Notes under the pieces: generated by a model
What the model was told of the DNA's origin: nothing
Seen by the model: the letters and a program-made list of their open reading frames with translations, nothing else
Database searches by the model: none
Program-made: the position numbers and the translations under genes
Source of the DNA: an uncultured Chloroflexia bacterium
GTDB lineage: Bacteria; Chloroflexota; Limnocylindria; Limnocylindrales; CSP1-4
Length of the DNA stretch: 64,000 nucleotides
Direction of reading: 5' to 3'
NCBI GenBank assembly: GCA_963828165.1
Contig: CAWHDR010000001.1
Coordinates: 160,001-224,000 of the forward strand
In this document: piece after piece, positions 28,766-38,545 of the stretch
How the letters are laid out: each line of letters opens with the position of its first letter
Position numbering within the stretch: position 1 is the first letter of the stretch

Positions 28766-30055
28766 ATGGAAACGCTCGTGCTCATGATGGTCGTCTTCCT
28801 CGCCCTACTGTTCCTGGGTGTCCCTGTCGCCTTCAGCTTCATCCTGGCCGCCGCTGGGTACGTGTACATCTTCGGTTCGAACGTCCCGGATACGATCATC
28901 GCCGCTCGTGGGATCACGCTCGTCAGCGAGTCCTACACGCTGCTGGCCGTGCCTCTCTTCCTGCTGGCCGCGCGCCTGCTGAATGATGCCGGGATGACCG
29001 ATCGGCTCGTCGCCTTCGCGATCGCGGCGATCGGGCACATCCGCGGCGGCGTCGGTCACGCGGTCGTTCTGGCCAATATGGTGATGGCCGGCATGTCCGG
29101 CTCGGCCACGGCCGATGCGGCAGGCATCGGTCAGGCGATGATCCCCGTTCTGCGCAAAGCCGGCTACTCCGCACCGTCGGCGGCGGCCCTGAGCGCGTCG
29201 GCTGCCACGATCGGGCCGATCATCCCGCCCAGTGTGGCGATGGTCCTTTACGCTGCTCTGGCGAGCGTGTCCCTCGGGCAGCTGCTGCTGGCAGGCTTGG
29301 TGCCGGGCATCCTCATGGGCATCTTCCTGATGGTGAGCCTACTGCTGTCCGCCGAGGCCCGCGCGATGGAGCGCTCGAAGTTCAGCCTGCGGCGCCTCGC
29401 CGTCACTGCGCGGGATGCGTTCCTCTCGCTGCTGATGCCGGCGATCATTCTGGGGGGCATGTTCCTGGGCGTGTACACGCCGACCGAGGGGGCAGCGGTT
29501 GCCGTGGCCTATGCGGTCTTCATCGGCGGCGTCGTCTACCGCTCGCTCACCATGAGCAAGCTTTGGGAGGCACTCAAGGGATCGGGGACCACCACTGGCG
29601 CAGTCCTGTTCGTCGTGATGGGAGCCAACTCGGTCGGCTGGATCCTGACCGCGGAGGGCGCCGGTGAGGCGCTACTGCCACTGTTCACCCCGATCCGGGA
29701 CAACCCAGCCGTCGCCCTGCTGATCATCGCTGCGATGACCCTGATCCTGGGAACCGCCATGGAGGAGGTCACGATGCTCGTGCTGATGACCCCCATCCTC
29801 GCTCCGGTCGTCGCAGACATCGGTATCGATCCGATCCACTTCGGCATCGTATTCGTCCTCTCGACCATGATCGGGCTGATCACGCCGCCGGTCGGTATAT
29901 CGATGTTCATCACCTGTCACATAGCCGGCGTCACGAGTGGGGAGTTCACAAGAGCCGTGATTCGCCCATTCACCGCGCTCGTCCTCGTGGTCGTGGTGAT
30001 CTCCATCTTCCCGGACCTCGTCCTGTGGCTCCCGAACACGGTCTTCGGGCGATGA
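28766..30055 (+). CDS. dctM: TRAP transporter large permease
   Basis: LLAVPLFLLA, GMSGSATADAA, IGPIIPPS, TPTEG, IDPIHFG, ITPPVG. Confidence 0.93.
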   Translation: METLVLMMVVFLALLFLGVPVAFSFILAAAGYVYIFGSNVPDTIIAARGITLVSESYTLLAVPLFLLAARLLNDAGMTDRLVAFAIAAIGHIRGGVGHAVVLANMVMAGMSGSATADAAGIGQAMIPVLRKAGYSAPSAAALSASAATIGPIIPPSVAMVLYAALASVSLGQLLLAGLVPGILMGIFLMVSLLLSAEARAMERSKFSLRRLAVTARDAFLSLLMPAIILGGMFLGVYTPTEGAAVAVAYAVFIGGVVYRSLTMSKLWEALKGSGTTTGAVLFVVMGANSVGWILTAEGAGEALLPLFTPIRDNPAVALLIIAAMTLILGTAMEEVTMLVLMTPILAPVVADIGIDPIHFGIVFVLSTMIGLITPPVGISMFITCHIAGVTSGEFTRAVIRPFTALVLVVVVISIFPDLVLWLPNTVFGR

Positions 30056-31041
30056 GTGTGAAGGGCCGCGTACTACTGGCGTCCACGTTCTTGCCCGGGA
30101 TCCAGCGACAGTTGCAGGAGGACATGCCCGACTGGGAGGTCTCGGCTGTCGACCTCGGGACCCGGGACCGACCGCTCGCTGACATCGGGCATCTGGCCGA
30201 TATCATCGCCTCCGCTGATGCGATCATGCCCCTGCGCGGAGTGCTGGATGCCCGGGTTATCGAGCTGGCCGACTCGTGCCGGATCATCCAGCAATTCGGC
30301 GCGGGTGTGGACACGGTCGACATGGCCGCCGCCCGCGCCAGGCGCATCCCGGTCTGCAACGTGCCCTCGAAGAACGGCGGAAATGCCGACTCCGTTGCGG
30401 AGATGGCCCTCTTCCACTTGATCGGCGCCGGGCGCAGCTTCCCCCATCTCCAGGAGCTGGTGGCCCGGGAGGACTTCGCTGCGCCGTTCGGGGTCTCGCT
30501 CTTCGGCAAGACCGTGTGCATCGTCGGATACGGCAACATCGGGACCCGGCTCGGGCGGCTGCTTCGCCCGTTCGGCGGTCGCGTTATCGGCATCCGCCGA
30601 GGCGCTCCCGCTGTACCGAAAGGCGGCCGTGGATCCGAGGTGTGGCCACCGAGTCGCCTGAACGAAGCCCTCGGCCTGGCCGACTTCGTGGTCGTGACGA
30701 TCCCGCTCAGTCCCTCGACGGAAGGCATCATCGGTCCTGCGCAGTTCGATGCGATGAAGCATGGTGCGCGAATCGTCAACGTGTCACGCGGCGGGACCAT
30801 CGAGCGGGCGGCCATGCTCGCTGCGATGGGCTCCGGAAGGGTGGCGGCGGCCGGGCTGGATGTTTTCTGGGAGGAGCCCGTCAAGGCCGACGACCCAATC
30901 CTTGGATTCGACGTGGTCGCCACGCCTCACTGCGGTGGACTCACCGATCACATGCGCGAAGGGACGAGCCGGGTGGCCGCCGCCAATATGATCCGCGCAG
31001 TATCGGGGGGCCGGGCTCGGTACCGAGTGGACGGGGTGTAA
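30052..31041 (+). CDS. D-isomer-specific 2-hydroxyacid dehydrogenase
   Basis: GAGVDTVD, GYGNIG, NVSRG, GLDVFWEEP, TPHCGG. Confidence 0.92.
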   Translation: MSVKGRVLLASTFLPGIQRQLQEDMPDWEVSAVDLGTRDRPLADIGHLADIIASADAIMPLRGVLDARVIELADSCRIIQQFGAGVDTVDMAAARARRIPVCNVPSKNGGNADSVAEMALFHLIGAGRSFPHLQELVAREDFAAPFGVSLFGKTVCIVGYGNIGTRLGRLLRPFGGRVIGIRRGAPAVPKGGRGSEVWPPSRLNEALGLADFVVVTIPLSPSTEGIIGPAQFDAMKHGARIVNVSRGGTIERAAMLAAMGSGRVAAAGLDVFWEEPVKADDPILGFDVVATPHCGGLTDHMREGTSRVAAANMIRAVSGGRARYRVDGV

Positions 31042-31044
31042 GGC

Positions 31045-32259
31045 CTAGAACTGCACGTGCAACGGTCGAAATGACCGAACCACATAGCCGGTGTAGCGGG
31101 GCTCGGGCTGGGCGAGGTCCAGGTGCATGTCGGGCAGCTCTCGTAGGAGCAGGCTGACGGCCTCGTACGCCTCCATCCGGGCGATCGGAGCCCCCGCGCA
31201 CTGGCGCGGTCCGACGTTGAAAGCGAGGTGCGAATAGTAGCCCTTGCGGCCCAGATCGAACGTGTCGGGCGCCTCGTATCGTCCAGGATCGCGATTCGCC
31301 GCGCCGTTCACGGGGTGGACACGATCACCGGCCCTGATGGTCACGCCGCCAAGGACGACGTCCTGGGTGGCGACGCGCGCGCGCCAGTGGACGATGGTCC
31401 GCATCCGCAAGGTCTCCTCGACGAGACGCACGAGCGGTTCGCCGCCGTTGATGACCGAGGCACGCACATCAGCATCCGTGAGCACGGCGTACATGCTGCT
31501 GCAGATGAGGTTGGCCGAGGTATCCGAGCCAGCCTCGAACAGCGGCTTGAGGTTGGCCAACACGTCGATCGCATCCCAGTCCGTGAAGAGGGTCTCGCCG
31601 GCGTCCCACAGGACGCTCGTGAGATCGCCTGTGCGCCGATGGCGTCGCTCCTCGATGATCGGCAAGATCAACGGGTCGAGGCGACTGGAGGCGTTGGCGG
31701 CAGCCTCGATGACCTCGGCATCCTCACCGTACGAGTGGCGCCAGCGCAGGACGATCTCCGTCCATTCCTTGCAGGCCCGGAGCTGCGTTGCATCATCGCT
31801 CGGCAGGCCGATGAGCTCGGCCACCACGGCGATCGGGACGATCGCGGCGAAGTCCTGCCAGAGTTCAGCGTGGCCGTTGTCCCGGAAGGCGTCGATCGTG
31901 CGCAGGATGATGCGTTGGACGAGCGGCTCGCGAATGCCCTCGATGGCCGCTGGCTTCCAGAGCTCGGACAGCTCCTTATGCAGGACCCGATGGGGCTCGC
32001 CGGTCAGCAGGCGGAACTCCCGCGGATGGGTGAGTCGATCCGCGCCAGGGAGGCTCGCGGTCATCTCGGCGAAAAGCTCTTCGTGCCGCTCGACGAAGGC
32101 GCAGTCGTCGTAGCCCACCACGATCCACGCGTTGGCGCGCTCGTCCCAGGTCACCGAGCCCTCGGCGCGGCGGTCCTCGTAGAACGCCCACGGCTCGATG
32201 TCGGCGAGGTCCTTGATGCTGGTCGCCACTCGGGACGACCGGGAGACGCCTGATCCCAT
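31045..32259 (-). CDS. Cytochrome P450
   Basis: I-helix EAGSDTS, ExxR (EETLR), AANRDP, heme motif HLAFNVGPRQCAG; exact start uncertain. Confidence 0.92.
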   Translation of the reverse strand: MGSGVSRSSRVATSIKDLADIEPWAFYEDRRAEGSVTWDERANAWIVVGYDDCAFVERHEELFAEMTASLPGADRLTHPREFRLLTGEPHRVLHKELSELWKPAAIEGIREPLVQRIILRTIDAFRDNGHAELWQDFAAIVPIAVVAELIGLPSDDATQLRACKEWTEIVLRWRHSYGEDAEVIEAAANASSRLDPLILPIIEERRHRRTGDLTSVLWDAGETLFTDWDAIDVLANLKPLFEAGSDTSANLICSSMYAVLTDADVRASVINGGEPLVRLVEETLRMRTIVHWRARVATQDVVLGGVTIRAGDRVHPVNGAANRDPGRYEAPDTFDLGRKGYYSHLAFNVGPRQCAGAPIARMEAYEAVSLLLRELPDMHLDLAQPEPRYTGYVVRSFRPLHVQF

Positions 32260-32320
32260 GGCCACCCTATCGTTCCGGTACAATCGTTTCTGGCAAGGTT
32301 ACCACCGAGCAGGGTGTGCG

Positions 32321-33571
32321 ATGAAGGTTGCGGTCATCGGCGCGGGTGTCATCGGCGTCACCACCGCGTACTACCTCGCTCGAGACGGGCACGAGGTCGA
32401 GGTCATCGAGCGGGCAGGCGAGCCAGCGGCGGTCGCGAGCCGGGCCACCGGTGGCCACATCGCCCCCGGTCACAGCGGCGCCTGGGCGTCACCTCGCTCG
32501 CGCAGCCAGCTGATCCGATCCCTGCGCCGCCGGGACACGGCCTTCCGACTCCGCCTCGGCACAGACGGGGTGTTCCTGCGCTGGACCGCCGCTTTTATGC
32601 GGAACTCGACCGAAGGCCGCTACTGGCAGAATTCGATCACCAAGGCCCGCCTGACGAGGTATAGCCGCGATAGCCTAGTGGAGCTCCGGGCGGACCTGGG
32701 CATCGAGTACGACGGCGCGGCATCGGGGGCGATCTTCCTCTTCCGCTCCGAGGCCGGGTTCGCCGCTGCGCGCGCGCGAGCCGCGACGTGGGCAGCGAAC
32801 GGTCTCGACCTCGACGTCCTGCGGCCCGATGACATCAGGGCCCTTGATGCGCGACTGGCAGGGGTCGCCGACCGCATGGCTGGCGCGCTGTACTCCGAGA
32901 TCGACGAGGTGGGCGACACCCGGATGTTCACCCAGGCGCTCGCTGACCGGGGCCGCGGGCTGGGCGTGACCTTCCAGTTCGAAACGACCGTCCAGCGGCT
33001 CAGGTACACGGGGACACGGATCACGGAGCTGACGACGACCGGCGGCGCTGTCTCGGCCGACGCGTACGTCGTCGCCAACGGCGTCGACTGCCGCCGGCTG
33101 CTGCGACAGGTCGGCCTGCGGGCGCCCGTGTACCCACTACGCGGGTACACCGTGACCCTCAAGCAACGAGGCGATCGGGTGCCGACGATCGGCATGGTCG
33201 ACGAGGAACGCCTGGTGGCCGTCGCCAGGCTGGGCGACCGGGTGCGCCTGGGTGGTGTCGCGGAGCTCGGTCCGCGCGACACCGCGCCGGACCCGGCGGT
33301 GGCCGGCTATATGGTCGACGTGGCCAGAGACCTCTTCCCGGACGGCGCTGACTGGGATTACCCCGACACCTACGCGTGCGAGCGTCCAATGACACCCGAT
33401 GGTCCACCCATTCTGGGCAGGACGCCCCTGGAGAACCTGTTCGCGAACGTCGGTCACGGCCACATCGGCTGGACGATGGCCACCGGCTCCGCCGTCATCA
33501 TCACCGACTTGCTTGCCGGCCGGCGACCGGCCATCGACCTCACCGGGATGACCATCGACCGGTACGTTTGA
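32321..33571 (+). CDS. D-amino acid dehydrogenase-like FAD oxidoreductase (DadA family)
   Basis: MKVAVIGAGVIG, PVYPLRGY, RPMTPDGPPILG, NVGHGHIGWTM. Confidence 0.9.
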   Translation: MKVAVIGAGVIGVTTAYYLARDGHEVEVIERAGEPAAVASRATGGHIAPGHSGAWASPRSRSQLIRSLRRRDTAFRLRLGTDGVFLRWTAAFMRNSTEGRYWQNSITKARLTRYSRDSLVELRADLGIEYDGAASGAIFLFRSEAGFAAARARAATWAANGLDLDVLRPDDIRALDARLAGVADRMAGALYSEIDEVGDTRMFTQALADRGRGLGVTFQFETTVQRLRYTGTRITELTTTGGAVSADAYVVANGVDCRRLLRQVGLRAPVYPLRGYTVTLKQRGDRVPTIGMVDEERLVAVARLGDRVRLGGVAELGPRDTAPDPAVAGYMVDVARDLFPDGADWDYPDTYACERPMTPDGPPILGRTPLENLFANVGHGHIGWTMATGSAVIITDLLAGRRPAIDLTGMTIDRYV

Positions 33572-33776
33572 CGCCCTTGCGACCTGGGTCGGTCAGTCGC
33601 CGCTGGTCATCGGCTCTCCCGTGGCGCGAAGACGGTCGGGCGAAGGACCGTCCGGCGCTCGCCGCCGACCAGGCGCTCGGCTCCTTCAGCACGCTGTTGC
33701 AGTAGGGTCCACGGACGGTGGCACGTGGCTTCCCGGTCGCGCCGAGGTGCGAGTCGGCGGGGTCAGCGTGACCGCC

Positions 33777-33839
33777 TTGACACCCCGCAATGTTGCGCCA
33801 TACCCTCGATCCACCGGCGTTGACGACGTTTCCAGTAAC
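33777..33839 (+). promoter_or_regulatory. Sigma70-type promoter plus operator
   Basis: TTGACA 33777-82, N18, TACCCT 33801-06; tgacgacgtttccagtaac 33821-39. Confidence 0.7.
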
Positions 33840-33870
33840 CATTCTTGCCGGAGCCGACGAGGAGTGTGCA

Positions 33871-34998
33871 ATGGTCACCCACCTGGAGTGGTCGGACACC
33901 ATCGGCAAGCGCGTGCGCAGCGGCGACTGGGCGGACCAGGCGGTCTCGACAGTGGTCAAGATCGAGGAGGAGCTCCAGGCGGCCGGCGACGAATTCGGGC
34001 TGGCCGCCAACCGCCGCGAGAACGCCGCGCAGCTCGTCGACTACTTCATGGAAGAGGCCAAGGTCGTTTACGTCATCTACAAGGTGTGGACGGCGGGCTT
34101 CAAGGACTGGCTCATCGAACAGGGCGTCACCCAGGCGGATATGGACGCCGAAGTGGAGCGGCTCAAGCAGCTGATGGCCTACCCGGACGGGACGCCGCTC
34201 GACCCCGAGCCGCGCTGGGAGGCGCTGGGGCTGCGGGCCGGTCGTCTGGCCAACGGGATCCGGAGCTACGACCTCTCCGTGGCCGACGCGATGGCCGAGC
34301 TCGACGGCGTTCGCGAGGACTGGCGGATGCTCCACGACCGATCGGCCGACCTGATGGCCGGGATCCTGGCCTTCGTCGTGAAGCGGTTCGGCGAGGCCGA
34401 GCTGGAGACCTGCTACCGGGCGATCATGGAGCCCTACCTTCAGGAGCGGTACATGCCGTTCGACGTTCGCGTCACGCCGTACGAGGAGACGCTCGACCGC
34501 AACCTGTACATCAGCCTCGAGGCGATGCGCGGTCACCTCGTGGGCCCGGGCCGGCGTGGGGACATCGAGCTGATCGAGGAGGAGGATCGCTGGGTCATCC
34601 GCTTCGACCCGTGCGCGTCGGGCGGGCGTATCCTGCGTGGCGACCCCGAGGAGGGCACCGGGTCGCGGGTCCTGGCGCCGTACGAGTTCGGCGTGATCGA
34701 GGAGCCCCGTCCCTGGACCTGGGGCGAGACCGGCGTCTGCCACTACTGCGCCCACTGCAACCTGGCCCTCTCGACGATCCCCGCAGAGCGCTGGGGTCAC
34801 CCGGTCCGAACGGTCGATCCGCCCCTCTGGCGTGGCGAGGATGACCCCACGACGATGCGCAAGTGCCAGTGGAGCGTGTGGAAGTCCCTCGAGGCGATCC
34901 CCGAGCGCGAGTACGAGCGCATCGGGCGGACCAAGCCGCCGCTGCCGGTCATCCAGCCGGGGGCTGACGGGCCGACGACGGGAGGCGCCGCCCAGTGA
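33871..34998 (+). CDS. Uncharacterised Cys-rich protein, paralog A
   Basis: GAGGAG RBS; EAMRGHLVGP, FDPCASGGR, GVCHYCAHC, KCQW, GRTKP motifs shared with 57718 and 63703. Confidence 0.85.
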   Translation: MVTHLEWSDTIGKRVRSGDWADQAVSTVVKIEEELQAAGDEFGLAANRRENAAQLVDYFMEEAKVVYVIYKVWTAGFKDWLIEQGVTQADMDAEVERLKQLMAYPDGTPLDPEPRWEALGLRAGRLANGIRSYDLSVADAMAELDGVREDWRMLHDRSADLMAGILAFVVKRFGEAELETCYRAIMEPYLQERYMPFDVRVTPYEETLDRNLYISLEAMRGHLVGPGRRGDIELIEEEDRWVIRFDPCASGGRILRGDPEEGTGSRVLAPYEFGVIEEPRPWTWGETGVCHYCAHCNLALSTIPAERWGHPVRTVDPPLWRGEDDPTTMRKCQWSVWKSLEAIPEREYERIGRTKPPLPVIQPGADGPTTGGAAQ

Positions 34999-35747
34999 GC
35001 GCCGAAGGGCGCCGGGCGATCGTCACGGGCGCCGGGAGCGGAATCGGCCAGGAGGTGGCCCTCCAGCTATTGGCGGCCGGTGCGCGCGTCACCGGCGTGG
35101 ACATCAACGACCGCGGGCTCGACCCGGTCCGCGAGGCGGGCGGTGAAGCGATGGTCGTGGACCTCGCGGATGTAGGTCAGCGCGCCACCGTCATCGCGTC
35201 GGCGCGCGAGGACCCGCCGAACTACCTCGTGAACGCCGCTGCGATCCTGGAAGTGATCGCGCTTGCCGACGTGGACGAGGCGACCTTCCGGCGCCACTTC
35301 ACGGTCAATGTCGAAGCGCCCTGGTTCCTGTGCCGCGACATCGGCGGCGTCCTCGTCGAAGGCGGCGCGATCGTCAACTTCTCGTCGCCGTCGGCGCGCT
35401 GGGCGTACACCCTCGAGACCGCTGTCTACGGCGCTACGAAGACCGCCGTCCAGGGCGTGACCCGTAGCTTCGCCATCGCGCTCGCACCGCGCAAGGTCAG
35501 GGTCAACGCGATCTCGCCCGGGATCACCGACACGCCGATGCAGGAGAAGGTCCTGCGCCAGGTCTCGGCCATGCGCGGGCTGTCGTACGAGGAGCTCAGC
35601 AGCAACCGCACGAAGCTCGTACCACTCGCCAGGTCCGCGCCGCCGTCGGAGATGGCCGGAGTGGTCCTCTGGCTGCTGTCCGATGCTGCGTCCTACATCA
35701 CCGGCCAGACGATCTATGTCGATGGCGGCTACATCATGTCGGCCTGA
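34995..35747 (+). CDS. Short-chain dehydrogenase/reductase
   Basis: TGAGSGIG, VNAA, YGATK, NAISPG. Confidence 0.92.
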   Translation: MSAEGRRAIVTGAGSGIGQEVALQLLAAGARVTGVDINDRGLDPVREAGGEAMVVDLADVGQRATVIASAREDPPNYLVNAAAILEVIALADVDEATFRRHFTVNVEAPWFLCRDIGGVLVEGGAIVNFSSPSARWAYTLETAVYGATKTAVQGVTRSFAIALAPRKVRVNAISPGITDTPMQEKVLRQVSAMRGLSYEELSSNRTKLVPLARSAPPSEMAGVVLWLLSDAASYITGQTIYVDGGYIMSA

Positions 35748-35812
35748 CCGAGGGTCAGAGGGGCTCAGGGTCGGCGGTTTGGTGCCGATCCGCCCCGTCG
35801 GTCGGACGCGAC

Positions 35813-35876
35813 TTGACACGTTCAGAGGTCGAGCCCTAGTCTCCGCTGACTCGGCCCTGACGACGTTTCCAGTAAC
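35813..35876 (+). promoter_or_regulatory. Sigma70-type promoter plus operator
   Basis: TTGACA 35813-18, N18, TAGTCT 35837-42; tgacgacgtttccagtaac 35858-76, identical to 33821-39. Confidence 0.7.
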
Positions 35877-35955
35877 ATTTCTCGCGGGCTTGGCCGTCAA
35901 TACTCGCGACGTTCGTCGGGCGCGGGCATCCCATCGGAAACCTGAGGAGGAACCC

Positions 35956-37023
35956 GTGCAGGAGACCCGTCTCTGGACGGCCACGAGTCGCACGCTCGCG
36001 CGCTGGTCCACCGTCGTCATCGTGGCCTTGCTGGTCGCGGCGTGTACCAATCCGCCGGCAGCCCCAACGTCCGCGGCACCCCCCGCGTCGGCGCCCGCAT
36101 CCGAGGCGCCGGCATCGTCGGCTCCGCCGGCATCCGCAGCCGCGAACAAGTACAAGATCGGCTACATCTCCCTTGGCGATTCGGTCCCGTTCGTGAAGCT
36201 CGTGTCGGACGGCATCAAGGAAGCCGCCGACGCCGCTGGCCAGGAGCTCCTGTTCTGCGACTCCGAGATCGACGCCGCCAAGGCGCTCGCGTGCGCGCAG
36301 AACCTGAAGGTCCAGGGTGCCGAGGGCGTGCTGAACTTCCAGGTCTTCCAGGACAGCTCGCCCGAGATCTGCACCGCCTATGGCAGCGTGCCGACCATCG
36401 CGATCGACATCATCCAGCCGCCGTGCCAGATCGCCTTCATGGGCGCCAACAACCGCGAGGCCGGACGACTCGGTGGCGCCGAGATGGGCAAGTACGCCAA
36501 GGAGAACTGGGACTGCGACTTCACGGCCTACGTGTCGCTCGAGTCGACGGCCGCCGGTGCCGCGAACACCGACCGCATGGGCGGCTGGCGTGACGGCTTC
36601 AAGGAGTCCTGCCCCATCCCGGCTGACAAGGAACGCGTCCTCGACGGCGCGGACCGGACCGACCCGGCCCTCGAGCAGGTGACCAACCTCCTGGGCGCCC
36701 TGCCGGGCGACCGGATCATCGTCGTCGCGATCAACGAGGACGGGATCCTCGGCGCCATCGGCGCCGCGAACACGCTCGGTCGCCAGACCGACCTCTTCTA
36801 CGGCGGCCAGGGTACCGATCCCTCCATCTGGAAGGACGTCGCCTGCAACCCGAACTACATCGCCTCGGTGGCGTACTTCCCGGAACGCTACGGGACCCTG
36901 CTCATCCCGAACATGATCAAGGCCCTCGATGGCGAGACGATCCCGAAGGAGATCTTCACCGAGCACGTCGTCGTGAACAAGGACAACATCCGGACCATCT
37001 ACCCGGAAACGCCGGCCTGTTGA
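35956..37023 (+). CDS. Sugar ABC (RbsB-like) substrate-binding lipoprotein 1
   Basis: Lipobox VAAC, Ala/Pro/Ser linker, KIGYIS, FMGANNREAG, INED, VAYFPERYG. Confidence 0.9.
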   Translation: MQETRLWTATSRTLARWSTVVIVALLVAACTNPPAAPTSAAPPASAPASEAPASSAPPASAAANKYKIGYISLGDSVPFVKLVSDGIKEAADAAGQELLFCDSEIDAAKALACAQNLKVQGAEGVLNFQVFQDSSPEICTAYGSVPTIAIDIIQPPCQIAFMGANNREAGRLGGAEMGKYAKENWDCDFTAYVSLESTAAGAANTDRMGGWRDGFKESCPIPADKERVLDGADRTDPALEQVTNLLGALPGDRIIVVAINEDGILGAIGAANTLGRQTDLFYGGQGTDPSIWKDVACNPNYIASVAYFPERYGTLLIPNMIKALDGETIPKEIFTEHVVVNKDNIRTIYPETPAC

Positions 37024-37051
37024 TGTCCCGGGTCACGATCGAGCCCGCCGC

Positions 37052-38545
37052 ATGACCTTCGCCCTCCAGGCGCGAGGCATCCGCAAGTCCTTCGGCGGCG
37101 TCGAGGTCCTCCATGGCGTGGACCTCGACGCTGTCGGCGGCTCTGTTCTGGCCCTCCTCGGCGAGAACGGCGCCGGCAAGTCCACGCTGGTCAAGATCAT
37201 CGCCGGCGACTACACGCCCGACGCGGGTGAGATCCTCGTCGATGAGACCAGCTACCCATCCCTGACGCCGATCGCGGCGCGCGATCTCGGGGTCGCGATC
37301 ATCTTCCAGGAATTCCAGGACGCCCCGACCCTGTCCGTGGCCGAGAACATCTCGCTCGGCCGGATCCCGAACAAGTTCGGGGTCGTGGATTGGAGAACCG
37401 TCAACCGACGAGCCCGCAAGATCCTCGATGCGCTCGGGGTGGACATCGACCCGGCACGCCGCGTCTCGACGCTGCGGGTCGGCGAACGCCAGATCATCGA
37501 GATCGCCCGGGCATTGTCTCGATCGGCCAGGCTCCTGATCCTGGACGAGCCGACCGCGGCCCTGTCGCATCACGAAGCCGACACGCTGTTCACGTTCATC
37601 CGCCGGCTGCGCGACCAGGGCGTCGCGATCATCTACATCACTCACCGCCTCGACGAAGTCACCGCCATCGCCGACAAGGTGCAGGTGCTGCGCGATGGCA
37701 ACGTCGCCCTCCTGGCGGACGTGGCCTCGACGGACCGGGCCGCGATGATCGAAGCCATGGTGGGTCGGCGGATCTCCGAGATCCCGCGGCCTCCGACCTT
37801 GATCCGCGAGGTCTCCGACGAACCGGTCATCCGCTGGACTGCCGCGGAGTCGGGGGACGCGTTCCACGACGTCTCGCTCGGCGTCCACCGGGGTGAGATC
37901 GTCGCGATCTACGGGAAGCTCGGGTCAGGCGCCGCCGAGGTGGGTGAGACCGCCTACGGGCTCCGACCCATCACGAGCGGCACGATGGAGCTCGAGGGCA
38001 AGGTCGCGAACATCGGTGGCCCAGCTGAAGGCGTCGCGGCCGGGGTCGGGTTCCTGCCCGCGGACCGCAAGGCCGGGGGCGGTTTCATGGTCCGTCCGGT
38101 GGCGGAGAACGTCGCAGTCGCCTCGTGGGGACGTCTCGCGACGCTGGGCCAGCTGATCACCCGCCGGGCTGAGTCGAGGGCCTATCGGCGCTGGCACGAC
38201 AAGCTGTCGATCCGCTCCCGCAACGATCCGCGTCAGGCCATGGGCACGCTCTCGGGCGGCAACCAGCAGAAGGTGCTGCTCGCCCGCTGGCTCGAGCGGA
38301 GCAGCCGCGTCCTCGTGTTGATCGAGCCGACCCGAGGGGTCGACGTCGGCGCCCGGCAGGACATCTACAAGGCGCTCCGCGTGCTGTCGGCGGATGGCGT
38401 GGCCGTCCTGATCAGCACCTCGGATTACGAGGAGGCCGTGCAGGTCGCGGACCGTGTCTACGTCATGTCAAGAGGAGCGATCGTGGGCGACCTGTCGGGC
38501 GACGCGATCACGACGACGCGGCTGCTGGCCGCTGCTGGAGGGTGA
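37052..38545 (+). CDS. Sugar ABC ATP-binding protein (double NBD)
   Basis: GENGAGKST, LDEPTAAL, LSGGNQQK, EPTRGVDVGA. Confidence 0.95.
   Translation: MTFALQARGIRKSFGGVEVLHGVDLDAVGGSVLALLGENGAGKSTLVKIIAGDYTPDAGEILVDETSYPSLTPIAARDLGVAIIFQEFQDAPTLSVAENISLGRIPNKFGVVDWRTVNRRARKILDALGVDIDPARRVSTLRVGERQIIEIARALSRSARLLILDEPTAALSHHEADTLFTFIRRLRDQGVAIIYITHRLDEVTAIADKVQVLRDGNVALLADVASTDRAAMIEAMVGRRISEIPRPPTLIREVSDEPVIRWTAAESGDAFHDVSLGVHRGEIVAIYGKLGSGAAEVGETAYGLRPITSGTMELEGKVANIGGPAEGVAAGVGFLPADRKAGGGFMVRPVAENVAVASWGRLATLGQLITRRAESRAYRRWHDKLSIRSRNDPRQAMGTLSGGNQQKVLLARWLERSSRVLVLIEPTRGVDVGARQDIYKALRVLSADGVAVLISTSDYEEAVQVADRVYVMSRGAIVGDLSGDAITTTRLLAAAGG

Noticed and set aside
33871-34998. Radical SAM or c-type cytochrome assignment for the Cys-rich proteins
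   Set aside because: The motif is CxxCxxC, not CxxxCxxC or CxxCH, and no TIM-barrel or export signal is evident
36040-36145. Near-repeat DNA between SBP1 and SBP2 N-termini (40620-40720)
   Set aside because: Explained by paralogy and Ala/Pro/Ser linkers, not a mobile repeat
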